From positions 1-44,521 of the forward strand of contig CAYYWN010000001.1 in assembly GCA_964474485.1 (NCBI GenBank): DNA of 44,521 nucleotides, read 5' to 3'. The notes beneath the pieces are model-generated. The model was not told the origin of the DNA and searched no databases. It saw only the letters and a program-made list of their open reading frames with translations. The DNA is from an uncultured Clostridium sp. (GTDB lineage Bacteria; Bacillota; Clostridia; Clostridiales; Clostridiaceae). The position numbers and the translations under genes are program-made. Shown here one piece after another: positions 1 through 9,312 of the stretch; within the stretch, counting starts at the first letter, position 1; each line of letters starts with the position of its first letter.

Positions 1-8
1 CATATAAT

Positions 9-335
9 ATGAATGTAAATCGATCAAAGAAGGTATATGAAGGTAAAATAGAAGGTACGTTTTCGTCAGAGGATGGATTAAATTTTATAAGTTCATATAA
101 TAAAGATTTAAGTACTTTTAACCCGAAAGAATACACTATATCATTTGACTGTACCGAGTTAAATGTTTCAACTCCTGATGTGACAGCTATTCTTGAACAG
201 TGTTATATTATGTACAAAAAGTCAGGATTTAAAAAAGTTACATTTAAAATTAAAAATAATCCCATTTTAAAAATGCAATTAAATAGATTGGCAAAGAAAA
301 CTGGATTGGAAAATTCCGAGGTTTTAGAAGTTTAA
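9..335 (+). CDS. Small hypothetical protein, possibly STAS/SpoIIAA-like; may start upstream of the window
   Basis: 108-aa ORF with alternating beta/alpha pattern (YTISFDCTEL, FKKVTFKI). The frame is open back to the window edge and no RBS is visible. Confidence 0.55.
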   Translation: MNVNRSKKVYEGKIEGTFSSEDGLNFISSYNKDLSTFNPKEYTISFDCTELNVSTPDVTAILEQCYIMYKKSGFKKVTFKIKNNPILKMQLNRLAKKTGLENSEVLEV

Positions 336-350
336 CTTACAAAAAATTCA

Positions 351-378
351 AAGGGGCTAGCCTTAGCCTCTTATTTTC
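351..378 (+). terminator. Probable intrinsic terminator
   Basis: AAGGGGCTA-gcct-TAGCCTCTT hairpin followed by ATTTTC just after the stop codon. Confidence 0.5.
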
Positions 379-548
379 ATCTTCAAAATAAAATCTAATG
401 AAGTATATTGCATAGGAGTGTTTAGCCTTAACATCAAATAATAGACCTTATATAACACATTATTTGTTAATATTTTTATTAAAGTTACAAGAGTATTGAT
501 TATTTTAAAATACGAAAGAAGATTAAATATAATAAACGGAGTGATTTT

Positions 549-1541
549 ATGACAAATGTAAAAATAAAGGCTGTTGAGATTTATCACCCTAAAAATTCGG
601 TTGATAATGAATATTTTATAAATCATTTTAAAGAGAGAGGAAAGGAAATAAACCACTTCTTAGAGATGATGGGAAGAAAGTCGAGATACATTATAAACAA
701 CGACTCTGAAAATAGCCTGACAATGGCTATTGAAGCTTCAAGAAAAGCATTAATCAAGGCTGGATTAACTGGGACAAACATTGATATGATTGTATTCTCA
801 ACACAAACTCCAGAATATACATTCCCTACAAATGCTATATTTGTACATAATGCAATAAAGGGAAAGAAAAGAGCAATTTGTCAAGATACAAATGCTAATT
901 GTGCTGGAATGCTAGTGTCAGTTGAACAAACTTGCAGATATATGCTATCAAACCCTGATATAAAATATGCTTTAGTAGTAGGATCAGACTATAACTCTAT
1001 AAATTGCAATCCTGAAGATGAAATAACATACGCTAACTATGGAGATGCTTCATCAGCTATAATCTTAGAAAAAACAGAAGAGAAAAGAGGATTTATAGAT
1101 TGCCTTTATTATATTGATTCAGAAGGGTGTAAGAATATCATGTTCCCAGCATGTGGATTATCAAATATATATAACCCACATATGAAACCAAATGACATTC
1201 AAATAAAATGGACTCCTTTTGATGGTACTTGTTCTATAGCCTCGGCTATAAATGACATGAAATATTTAATAGAGAAATATAATATTGAAAATGACCAAGT
1301 AGGAGCCTTCTGTTTATCTCAATTTTCTGAGAATAATATAGACTTAATTCAAAAAGAACTAAACATAGATAAAGATAAATTCATCTATGTTGGTAATGAG
1401 TTTGGATATACTGGTACAAGTAGTCCATTTTTGGCCCTTCATAAAGGAATTGAAGCTGGAACTATTAAGAAAGATGATTATATAATCTTTTGGTCAGTTG
1501 GGGCAGGGTGGCAAATAATTACTATGCTATTTAAATATTAA
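549..1541 (+). CDS. Ketoacyl-ACP synthase III (FabH-like) family protein with atypical active site
   Basis: NANCAG (catalytic Cys118), YGDASSA, GYTGTSSP and SVGAGW motifs; RBS GGAGTG. Confidence 0.85.
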   Translation: MTNVKIKAVEIYHPKNSVDNEYFINHFKERGKEINHFLEMMGRKSRYIINNDSENSLTMAIEASRKALIKAGLTGTNIDMIVFSTQTPEYTFPTNAIFVHNAIKGKKRAICQDTNANCAGMLVSVEQTCRYMLSNPDIKYALVVGSDYNSINCNPEDEITYANYGDASSAIILEKTEEKRGFIDCLYYIDSEGCKNIMFPACGLSNIYNPHMKPNDIQIKWTPFDGTCSIASAINDMKYLIEKYNIENDQVGAFCLSQFSENNIDLIQKELNIDKDKFIYVGNEFGYTGTSSPFLALHKGIEAGTIKKDDYIIFWSVGAGWQIITMLFKY

Positions 1542-1542
1542 T

Positions 1543-1574
1543 AAGAAGAGCCTCATTACCGAGGCTCTTCTTTT
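1543..1574 (+). terminator. Intrinsic terminator
   Basis: Perfect 12-bp stem AAGAAGAGCCTC-attacc-GAGGCTCTTCTT followed by T residues. Confidence 0.85.
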
Positions 1575-1576
1575 GT

Positions 1577-1738
1577 TATTCCAAAGAATATTGTTGCCAG
1601 TTTTTGAATACAGTCATTTGATCCTATATGAAAGATCAGCCTTACCTTTAACTACTTCTAACACACAAGCTGTTTCCTTATGAAATAAAAGCACCTCTGC
1701 CTCTGGTATAAACTTTTCTGCATAAACCCAGTTCCCCT
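1577..1738 (-). pseudogene. Relic of a polar amino-acid ABC transporter substrate-binding protein
   Basis: Minus strand reads YAEKFIPEAEVLLFHKETACVLEVVKGKAD, then a frameshift to FI*DQMTVFKNWQQY. No start codon. Confidence 0.6.
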
Positions 1739-1789
1739 TTAAAAGTTGTATCAACTTAAATCTAATTAAATTACATCAGGCATTATTTA

Positions 1790-2310
1790 GGTTATGATAG
1801 AGCATCTGCAAATACAATTGTTAAAGAAGCTGACATATCTAAAGGTCTTCTCTTTCACTATTTTGGAGCTAAATCTAACTTATTTATGTACTTATATAAT
1901 TACTGTGTTGAAACTATAAAAAAAATCTATATGATAATGTAAATTTAAATGATGGGGATATTTTAAACCGTATCCAGGACATTATATTAAAAAATTATGT
2001 TATTAAAAAAGCATCCTAGAATTTTTGATTTTATTAAACAAGCTTATAATGAATCCAATGTTCAGATAAAAGAATTCATTATTAAAAAATCACGGTGTAT
2101 TAAGTGAAGAGTTAAAAATTAGTGTCTTAAATACTATTGATTATTCTTATTTTTAAAAAGGACTAGATATAGAAAAAACCATGGTGGTTATTTATAGTAC
2201 TTTAGAGAGTATATCCATGATGGAACTAAAAAAAACTAGTTTCAACATGAATGAAGTGGTAAAATAATTAAATGAATATATCGATTACTTTAGATACCAA
2301 TTTTATAATA
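1790..2310 (+). pseudogene. TetR/AcrR regulator pseudogene
   Basis: GYDRASANTIVKEADISKGLLFHYFGAK HTH with the 5' end missing; about three frameshifts and in-frame stops downstream. Confidence 0.8.
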
Positions 2311-2337
2311 AAGATTTCATAAAAAGAATGATAGATA

Positions 2338-2400
2338 GAAACCACCTTCTTTATCATAAAATTTAGTTACTACTAAATTTATACCAAAAAAGTGGCTTCC
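2338..2400 (-). terminator. Long imperfect hairpin downstream of collagenase 1
   Basis: Inner stem AAATTTAGT-tact-ACTAAATTT with outer arms GAAACCAC/GTGGCTTC; homologous to 5675-5737. Confidence 0.6.
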
Positions 2401-2444
2401 TTATCATCTTCGAATAATTTTTTTTCATTATATAGTTATTAGTT

Positions 2445-5402
2445 TTACTGCATCTTCTCCCATTTTAAATCATAATTTACTTTCTTGTCATTTCCAGAAT
2501 AAATAACGATATAGTATTTCCCTGGCTCTAAAGTTTCCTCGCCATAATATAAACTTTCATTAAAATATTTTGGATAACTTATATAATCTTTTAAATCCTT
2601 TTCCTTATATAACAAGTAATTCAAATTATCATTCTGCAATTTATTCAAAGATATCTTCACCTTTGACTTTTCATCTACATTAAAATAAAAAATATCTTCA
2701 TCTCTATTTTCAACTAAACCTTTTACACTTGCTTTATTTAAAATAGGGCCATTTGCATTTTCAAAATTATTATTAGGCTCTATTTCATTTGGAAAAGACT
2801 CTGGATCTGGATTACTAGAACTTTTCTTTACATTTACTTTTGCTGTGTTAACAGCTTCCATTCCCATATCATCTACTATTTTTAATGTTACAGTATATTC
2901 TCCTTCACTTGCATAGACATGAGTAGGATTCTTTTGATTACTCATTTCATTGTCACCAAAATTCCATTCATATTTTACAATATTTCCATTCTCTGTTTTC
3001 GATCCTTCACTAGAAAAATTAATAGCTTTTCCTACCTCTCCTGCATAAGGTCCATTAATTTGAGCTACAGGTTTTGATGGCTCAACACTTCCATTAGTAT
3101 CCGACAAGTATCCTCTAAATACAATATCAAATTTATAATGGTAGTTTTCATCAAGTCTCCAATTAACAAAATAACTTGTAGTTGTTTTATATCCGCTCCA
3201 TCCTTTTTCATCTAACTGTTTTAAACAGTTATTAGCTACTACTTTCATTTTTTCCATATCCATAAGCTTTCCATTGTAGTATTCTCCTGTATAAGTTCCT
3301 TTAACTTCAAAGGTATTGAAAAATTGAGATTTCTTTTCTGTAGCATTCACATCTCTTATTCCACCTAAACTTTCAATATCTCTTTTAACTTCATCTAAGG
3401 ATTTATTTGAATGTTCTTTAATGTAATCATCAGATACTAGTGGAATTGTAAACTTATCGTAGTCATTATGTAACTTTTCCATAAATTTGTGGTATTTTTG
3501 GTTTAAATAAGGATCTCCTTTTAATGTTTGAACATATTCATCGAAACCTTTAGGATCATTTTTCATCAAATAGTCTTTTAATTTAGAATATTTTTCAAAA
3601 TCATGATTTATAAAGTAATTCATTAAATAGTAAGCATATGAATAAAAATCGAATCCATCATTATAGGATGAGTTTAAAGTCTTTTCTACAGAATATCTTT
3701 GATCTACAGGTCTCGACATTAAATTAGAAACCATTGATTTTCTAGTTTTTATACCTTCTGTACGTGTAGATCCAGCATAAAGTTCTGCTTCACCCTCTTC
3801 GTACCATGTTAATCTATCATTACCATGTATAGGTCCTCCCCATAAACCAGGCACCACATATCTACCTTGAAGATAATGTGTAAACTCATGTCTAAATAAT
3901 TCTTCTAGTGTATATATGCTTTCCTCTGAAGTTCTTTCATATGTATAGAAAGTACCTGATTGCTCTATGTACATTCCTCCATTATCAGTACCAAGTCCAT
4001 TAAGTGCATAGTTCATTTTATACTCTCTTGGATTACTATAAATAACAATGGTAAGCACTTCATCTACATGATTTTCTTCTAATGCCTCATCCCTTCCAAT
4101 ATTCCTAAAATATTGGGCACTTACTTCTTTAGAGGCCCAGTATAATCTCTTTACTTTTTCCTCTGTAACACCCTTTCCAGCCTTGATAATAAGCTGGTCA
4201 TTATCAAATTTATAAACATTTGGATAATATTTACTTTCACCTTCTTCTTTTATCTTCCTCATATCCAACTTATTTCCGTCTGCATCAATGCCTTTGTACT
4301 CATTATTGATTACTTTTACAGCTTCAAAAAATTGTTCTCCTAAATACTGATTAGATTTTAATACATTAGTAATAACTTCTATAGCCTTTTTAGGATTGGA
4401 ATGAAACTTCCCAACGGTTGCTATAGAAAAAATTCCATTGTTAATCACCCAACCTGTATCTTCGTTTATTTGTACTTCTAAAGCAATTTTTTCTATCTCA
4501 TTAATAAATCCATCAATTTTTCCACCCCATTTGGTTTGTAATGGATCTATTTCTCTATTTTCATATCGAATATAAGAGCCTAGATCGTATTCCACGCCTC
4601 TTAATATACTATAGATAGCCTTACTTTTGCTTTTCACTTTACAGTTTTCTACCAAATCTCTATTAAATTGATCCATTACAGTGGTAAGGCTAGCTACTAG
4701 TTCGCCATCTGAAGATGCATTTCCTATCAAAGCACCTACAGAATTCACCACTTCATCTTGCACTTCTGTTCCTAATTCAAATTTTGGATTAGCAACAATT
4801 TGTTTTAAAGCAGGAATACATTTATCTTTATACTCTCTTGTATTTAAATAAGAAAGTTCAGAGTTATAAAATCCCAAATAATATCCTGCTCTCAAAACTT
4901 CCACTAAAGTTGGAATTCCTTTTTTATCATTTTCAGTGAACTGACTTCCTCTTGTATAGAGTTCATTGATGATAGCTTGTACTCTTTCTTTGTCGCCAAA
5001 AAATTGTGTAGATCCAGCACTCTTTTCAAACAGTCCTGGAATATTATGCCATTGGATGGTTACCAAGGTATTCACAAGAGTTTCGTAATTCATGGAATTC
5101 AGTTCATCAAAAGAATAACTCTTTCCTGAATTTCCATTTCTTTCTAATCTTCGTTCTGGTAACTTAGCTTCTGGTTCCTCTGATTTATCTAATAATATTT
5201 CTATAGGCAATAGTACATCGTTAAGTTTTGCCTCTTCTGATTTATTTTCTACCTCTCTGATATTAAAATCATTAGGTAAATTCTCGTTTGATAATTTACT
5301 TGATGTAGCTGCATAGACTACACTAGTTTGGAAGTTAAAGACAGTTAGTAGTTGTACAATTAATACTGCTAAAACAAGAGCTGAAAATGGTCTTTTTTTC
5401 AT
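2445..5402 (-). CDS. Secreted microbial collagenase (peptidase M9B): activator, peptidase, PKD and collagen-binding domains
   Basis: Signal peptide; GIPTLVEVLRAGYYLGFYN; TDNGGMYIE; HEFTH zinc motif plus WYEEGEAE; PKD WNFGD; EIEPNN collagen-binding domain. Confidence 0.95.
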   Translation of the reverse strand: MKKRPFSALVLAVLIVQLLTVFNFQTSVVYAATSSKLSNENLPNDFNIREVENKSEEAKLNDVLLPIEILLDKSEEPEAKLPERRLERNGNSGKSYSFDELNSMNYETLVNTLVTIQWHNIPGLFEKSAGSTQFFGDKERVQAIINELYTRGSQFTENDKKGIPTLVEVLRAGYYLGFYNSELSYLNTREYKDKCIPALKQIVANPKFELGTEVQDEVVNSVGALIGNASSDGELVASLTTVMDQFNRDLVENCKVKSKSKAIYSILRGVEYDLGSYIRYENREIDPLQTKWGGKIDGFINEIEKIALEVQINEDTGWVINNGIFSIATVGKFHSNPKKAIEVITNVLKSNQYLGEQFFEAVKVINNEYKGIDADGNKLDMRKIKEEGESKYYPNVYKFDNDQLIIKAGKGVTEEKVKRLYWASKEVSAQYFRNIGRDEALEENHVDEVLTIVIYSNPREYKMNYALNGLGTDNGGMYIEQSGTFYTYERTSEESIYTLEELFRHEFTHYLQGRYVVPGLWGGPIHGNDRLTWYEEGEAELYAGSTRTEGIKTRKSMVSNLMSRPVDQRYSVEKTLNSSYNDGFDFYSYAYYLMNYFINHDFEKYSKLKDYLMKNDPKGFDEYVQTLKGDPYLNQKYHKFMEKLHNDYDKFTIPLVSDDYIKEHSNKSLDEVKRDIESLGGIRDVNATEKKSQFFNTFEVKGTYTGEYYNGKLMDMEKMKVVANNCLKQLDEKGWSGYKTTTSYFVNWRLDENYHYKFDIVFRGYLSDTNGSVEPSKPVAQINGPYAGEVGKAINFSSEGSKTENGNIVKYEWNFGDNEMSNQKNPTHVYASEGEYTVTLKIVDDMGMEAVNTAKVNVKKSSSNPDPESFPNEIEPNNNFENANGPILNKASVKGLVENRDEDIFYFNVDEKSKVKISLNKLQNDNLNYLLYKEKDLKDYISYPKYFNESLYYGEETLEPGKYYIVIYSGNDKKVNYDLKWEKMQ
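2822..3469. repeat. 648-bp direct repeat, copy 1 (identical to 6157-6804)
   Basis: Identical translation; matching nucleotides at offset 3335 in the lines compared, with mismatches just outside both boundaries. Confidence 0.85.
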
Positions 5403-5473
5403 AGGTCGGCACTCCTTTTCTGTATTTTCATATTTGTGCTATACGACATAAAATTGAAAATGTTATTTTTTTT

Positions 5474-5502
5474 AAGATATCATGAAAAAGTTTCTTAGTC
5501 AA
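5474..5502 (-). promoter_or_regulatory. Sigma-A promoter of collagenase 1
   Basis: TTGACT-N17-TATCTT with extended -10 TG; conserved upstream of collagenase 2. Confidence 0.7.
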
Positions 5503-5674
5503 GCATACTTTACATATTCTTACTTTATTATACTTTATAATAATATAACAACAAATCTACCATTGATATACTTATTGAATCTATATTTACGCGTAGGCAA
5601 CCTAGAGCATTAATGATTTATAGTGATTAAGGAACACAATATACCTCAAAGGCATTTACTTATAAAAAAAGATG

Positions 5675-5737
5675 GAAACCACCTCTTTTGGCATCAAATT
5701 TAATTACTACTAAATTTATACTAAAAGGATGGCTTCC
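5675..5737 (-). terminator. Long imperfect hairpin downstream of collagenase 2
   Basis: GGAAACCACC...AAATTTAATTACTACTAAATTT...GATGGCTTCC; homologue of 2338-2400. Confidence 0.6.
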
Positions 5738-5779
5738 TTATCATTTTCGAATAATTTTTTCATTATATAGCTATTAACT

Positions 5780-8761
5780 TTACTGCATCTTCTCCCATGT
5801 TAAATCATAATTTATTTTCTTGTCATTTCCAGAATAAATAAGGATATAATATTTACCCGGCTCTAAAGTTTCTTCGCTATAAGATACATTTCCATTAGAG
5901 TTCTTTGGATAACTTATATAATTTGCTAAGTCACCTTCTTTATATAATAGATAAGTTAAATTATCATTTTGTAATTTATTCAAAGATACTTTTACCTTTG
6001 ACTTTTCATTTAAATTAAAATAGAAAAAATCTTCATCTCCATTTTCAACTAACCCTTTTATACTTGCTTTATTTAACATCGGTCCATTTGCATTTTCAAA
6101 ATCATTATTAGGCTCTATCTCATTTGTCAAAGGTCCTGGATTTGGATTATTAGGATTTTTCTTTACATTTACTTTTGCTGTGTTAACAGCTTCCATTCCC
6201 ATATCATCTACTATTTTTAATGTTACAGTATATTCTCCTTCACTTGCATAGACATGAGTAGGATTCTTTTGATTACTCATTTCATTGTCACCAAAATTCC
6301 ATTCATATTTTACAATATTTCCATTCTCTGTTTTCGATCCTTCACTAGAAAAATTAATAGCTTTTCCTACCTCTCCTGCATAAGGTCCATTAATTTGAGC
6401 TACAGGTTTTGATGGCTCAACACTTCCATTAGTATCCGACAAGTATCCTCTAAATACAATATCAAATTTATAATGGTAGTTTTCATCAAGTCTCCAATTA
6501 ACAAAATAACTTGTAGTTGTTTTATATCCGCTCCATCCTTTTTCATCTAACTGTTTTAAACAGTTATTAGCTACTACTTTCATTTTTTCCATATCCATAA
6601 GCTTTCCATTGTAGTATTCTCCTGTATAAGTTCCTTTAACTTCAAAGGTATTGAAAAATTGAGATTTCTTTTCTGTAGCATTCACATCTCTTATTCCACC
6701 TAAACTTTCAATATCTCTTTTAACTTCATCTAAGGATTTATTTGAATGTTCTTTAATGTAATCATCAGATACTAGTGGAATTGTAAACTTATCGTAGTCA
6801 TTATATAACTTGCCCATAAAATCTTGATATTTTTGATTTAAACTATAATCACTCTTCAATGTTTGTACGTATTGATCAAAGCCTTTAACATCATTTTTCA
6901 TTAAATAGTCCTTCAATCTAGAATACTTTTCAAAATCATGATTTATAAAGTAATTCATCAAATAATAAGCGTATGAATAGAACTCGAATCCATCATTATA
7001 AGATGAGCTTAAAGTTTTTGATACAGAATATCTTTGATCTACAGGTCTCCACATTAAATTAGAAACCATGGATTTTCTAGTTCTTATACCTTCTGTACGT
7101 GTAGATCCAGCATAAAGTTCTGCTTCACCTTCTTCGTACCATGTCAATCTATCATTAGCATGAATGGTCCCTCCCCATAAGCCAGGAACCACATATCTAC
7201 CTTGAAGATAATGAGTAAATTCATGTCTAAATAATTCTTCTAGTGTATATATACTTTCCTCTTCGGTTCTTTCATAGGTATAGAAAGTTCCATCTTGCTC
7301 AATGTACATTCCACCGTTATCAGTATTAAGCCCATTAAGTGCATAGTTCATTCTATACTCTCTTGGATTGCTATAAATAACAATGCTTAGAACTTCATCC
7401 ACGTTATTTTCCTCTAAAGCCTCATCCTTTCCAATATTTCTAAAATATTGGGAACTTACTTCTTTTGACGCCCAGTATAATCTCTTTACTTTTTCTTCTG
7501 TAACAGCCTTTCCAGCTCTTATTACAACTTTGTTATTATCAAATTTATAGGTGTTTGGATAATATTTGTTTTCACCTTCAGTTCTTATCTTTTCCATATT
7601 AAGTTTATTTCCATCTGCATCAATGCCTTTATATTCACTATTTACACCGTTTACAGCTTCAAAAAATTGTTCTCCTAAATACTCATGAGATTTTAATGCT
7701 TTTGTAATAACTTCTACACCCTTTTTAGGATTGGAATGAAATTTTCCAAGTGTTGCAATAGAAAAAATTCCATTGTTAACTAGCCAACCTGTATCTTCAT
7801 TTATTTGTGTCTCTAAAGCAATTTTTTCTATTTCATTAATAAATCCATCAATTCTTCCACCCCATTTAGTTTGTAATGGATCTATTTCTTTATTTTCATA
7901 TCGAATATAAGAACCTAAATCATATTCCACACCTCTTAGAATACTATAAATAGCCTTACTTTTGCTTCTTATCTTAGAGTTTTCCATTAAATCTCTATTA
8001 AATTCGTTCATGACAGGTGTAAGACTAGCTATTAGTTCACCATCTGATGATGCATTCCCTATAAGAGCACCTGTAGAATTCACTACTTCATCTTGTATTT
8101 TAGTTCCTAATTTAAATTTTGGATTAGCAACAATTTGCTTTAAAGCAGGAATACATTTGTCTTTATACTCTCTTGTATTTAAATAAGAAAGTTCAGAATT
8201 ATAAAATCCTAAATAATATCCCGCTCTTAAAACCTCTACTAATGTAGGAATTCCTTTATCATCATTCTCCGTAAACTGACTTCCTCTTGTATAAAGTCCA
8301 TTGATGATAGCTTGTACCCTATCTTTATTACCAAAAAACTGCGTGGATCCAGCACTCTTTTCAAACAACCCTGGGATTTGTCCCCACTTAATGCTTACTA
8401 GAGTATTTACCAAGGTTTCATAATTAAGAGAATTTAGTTCGCTGAAAGAATAACTTTTTGCTACATTTTCATTTTTTTCTAGATTTATTGCTAAACTTTT
8501 TTCTGGTAATTTAGATTCTGGTTCCTCCGACTTTTCTAATACCATATCCATAGGCAATAGTACATCATTGAGTTTTGACATCTCTAATTTCTTTTGTACA
8601 TCTTTCGCGTTAAAGTCATTAGGTAAATTCTTTAAATCTTTGTCCATTGATACGTCATTTGATGGAGAAGCATATGCTATTCTGGATTGGAAATTAATGC
8701 TAGTTGACATTTGAATAATTATCACTGCGGAAACAAGAGTTGAAAGCAATCTTTTTTTCAT
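5780..8761 (-). CDS. Secreted microbial collagenase (peptidase M9B), paralogue of 2445-5402
   Basis: Same motifs (HEFTH, WYEEGEAE, PKD, EIEPNN) and signal peptide; RBS AAGGAG. Confidence 0.95.
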   Translation of the reverse strand: MKKRLLSTLVSAVIIIQMSTSINFQSRIAYASPSNDVSMDKDLKNLPNDFNAKDVQKKLEMSKLNDVLLPMDMVLEKSEEPESKLPEKSLAINLEKNENVAKSYSFSELNSLNYETLVNTLVSIKWGQIPGLFEKSAGSTQFFGNKDRVQAIINGLYTRGSQFTENDDKGIPTLVEVLRAGYYLGFYNSELSYLNTREYKDKCIPALKQIVANPKFKLGTKIQDEVVNSTGALIGNASSDGELIASLTPVMNEFNRDLMENSKIRSKSKAIYSILRGVEYDLGSYIRYENKEIDPLQTKWGGRIDGFINEIEKIALETQINEDTGWLVNNGIFSIATLGKFHSNPKKGVEVITKALKSHEYLGEQFFEAVNGVNSEYKGIDADGNKLNMEKIRTEGENKYYPNTYKFDNNKVVIRAGKAVTEEKVKRLYWASKEVSSQYFRNIGKDEALEENNVDEVLSIVIYSNPREYRMNYALNGLNTDNGGMYIEQDGTFYTYERTEEESIYTLEELFRHEFTHYLQGRYVVPGLWGGTIHANDRLTWYEEGEAELYAGSTRTEGIRTRKSMVSNLMWRPVDQRYSVSKTLSSSYNDGFEFYSYAYYLMNYFINHDFEKYSRLKDYLMKNDVKGFDQYVQTLKSDYSLNQKYQDFMGKLYNDYDKFTIPLVSDDYIKEHSNKSLDEVKRDIESLGGIRDVNATEKKSQFFNTFEVKGTYTGEYYNGKLMDMEKMKVVANNCLKQLDEKGWSGYKTTTSYFVNWRLDENYHYKFDIVFRGYLSDTNGSVEPSKPVAQINGPYAGEVGKAINFSSEGSKTENGNIVKYEWNFGDNEMSNQKNPTHVYASEGEYTVTLKIVDDMGMEAVNTAKVNVKKNPNNPNPGPLTNEIEPNNDFENANGPMLNKASIKGLVENGDEDFFYFNLNEKSKVKVSLNKLQNDNLTYLLYKEGDLANYISYPKNSNGNVSYSEETLEPGKYYILIYSGNDKKINYDLTWEKMQ
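6157..6804. repeat. 648-bp direct repeat, copy 2
   Basis: Matches 2822-3469. Confidence 0.85.
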
Positions 8762-8826
8762 AAATCAACACTCCTTCTTTTTTATTCTTGTGAATTATTC
8801 AGAATATTTACAATATTCCTTCTTTA

Positions 8827-8855
8827 ATGATAGCATGTTAAAATTTGTTAGTCAA
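8827..8855 (-). promoter_or_regulatory. Sigma-A promoter of collagenase 2
   Basis: TTGACT-N17-TATCAT with extended -10 TG. Confidence 0.75.
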
Positions 8856-8967
8856 TCATTTATTTACATATTTTTTTTATTATCCAAATTAATTATTATA
8901 TTATGTTATTTAATTTAATTAAATTAAAGATATATATTGTGACTTTATACTTATTTATATAATAATT

Positions 8968-8994
8968 GGACACTTTTAACTCTTTCTACGTTAT
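8968..8994 (+). promoter_or_regulatory. Candidate ECF-sigma autoregulatory promoter
   Basis: GGACAC-N15-CGTTAT just upstream of the ECF sigma relic. Confidence 0.4.
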
Positions 8995-9027
8995 ATTAGT
9001 GAGAGCATTAATTGAGGAAGTGATTTA

Positions 9028-9301
9028 GTGAAGGTTTACGCTGTTTATAAAAAATATAATAATGATTTTCTTTACTATGCAAAATCTATTAGTGGTAATA
9101 AGGATATAGCTTTTGATCTTGTACAAAATGCCTATGTGAAAGCATTAGAAAATTAAGATACATTTTTAAGCATGAATGAGTATCAAATAAAAGGTTGGTT
9201 TCTTACAGTAATAAGAAATAGGAGCAGCCTTAGGAATATTACCTTCAACGGTACGATCTCGATTAAGCGCTTCATTAAAATTATTAAAAAAGAATTTATA
9301 G
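9028..9301 (+). pseudogene. ECF sigma factor pseudogene (internal stop, internal deletion and frameshift)
   Basis: GTG start; region 2 ...DIAFDLVQNAYVKALEN*...KGWFLTVIRN joined out of frame to region 4 GAALGILPSTVRSRLSASLKLLKKNL*. Confidence 0.8.
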
Positions 9302-9312
9302 GGGGTATAAAT

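Noticed and set aside
363-656. 97-aa minus-strand ORF
   Set aside because: Antisense to the FabH-like gene and its promoter region; AT-rich with no motifs.
5600-5630. AGAGCATTAAT..AGTGATT similarity to 9002-9026 as a duplication boundary
   Set aside because: Short AT-rich match at a shifted offset; cannot be distinguished from chance.
7962-8186. Plus-strand ORF inside collagenase 2
   Set aside because: Antisense shadow of a real gene.
9172-9312. N-terminal extension of the 206-aa ORF
   Set aside because: Belongs to the ECF pseudogene; the real RBS precedes 9313.
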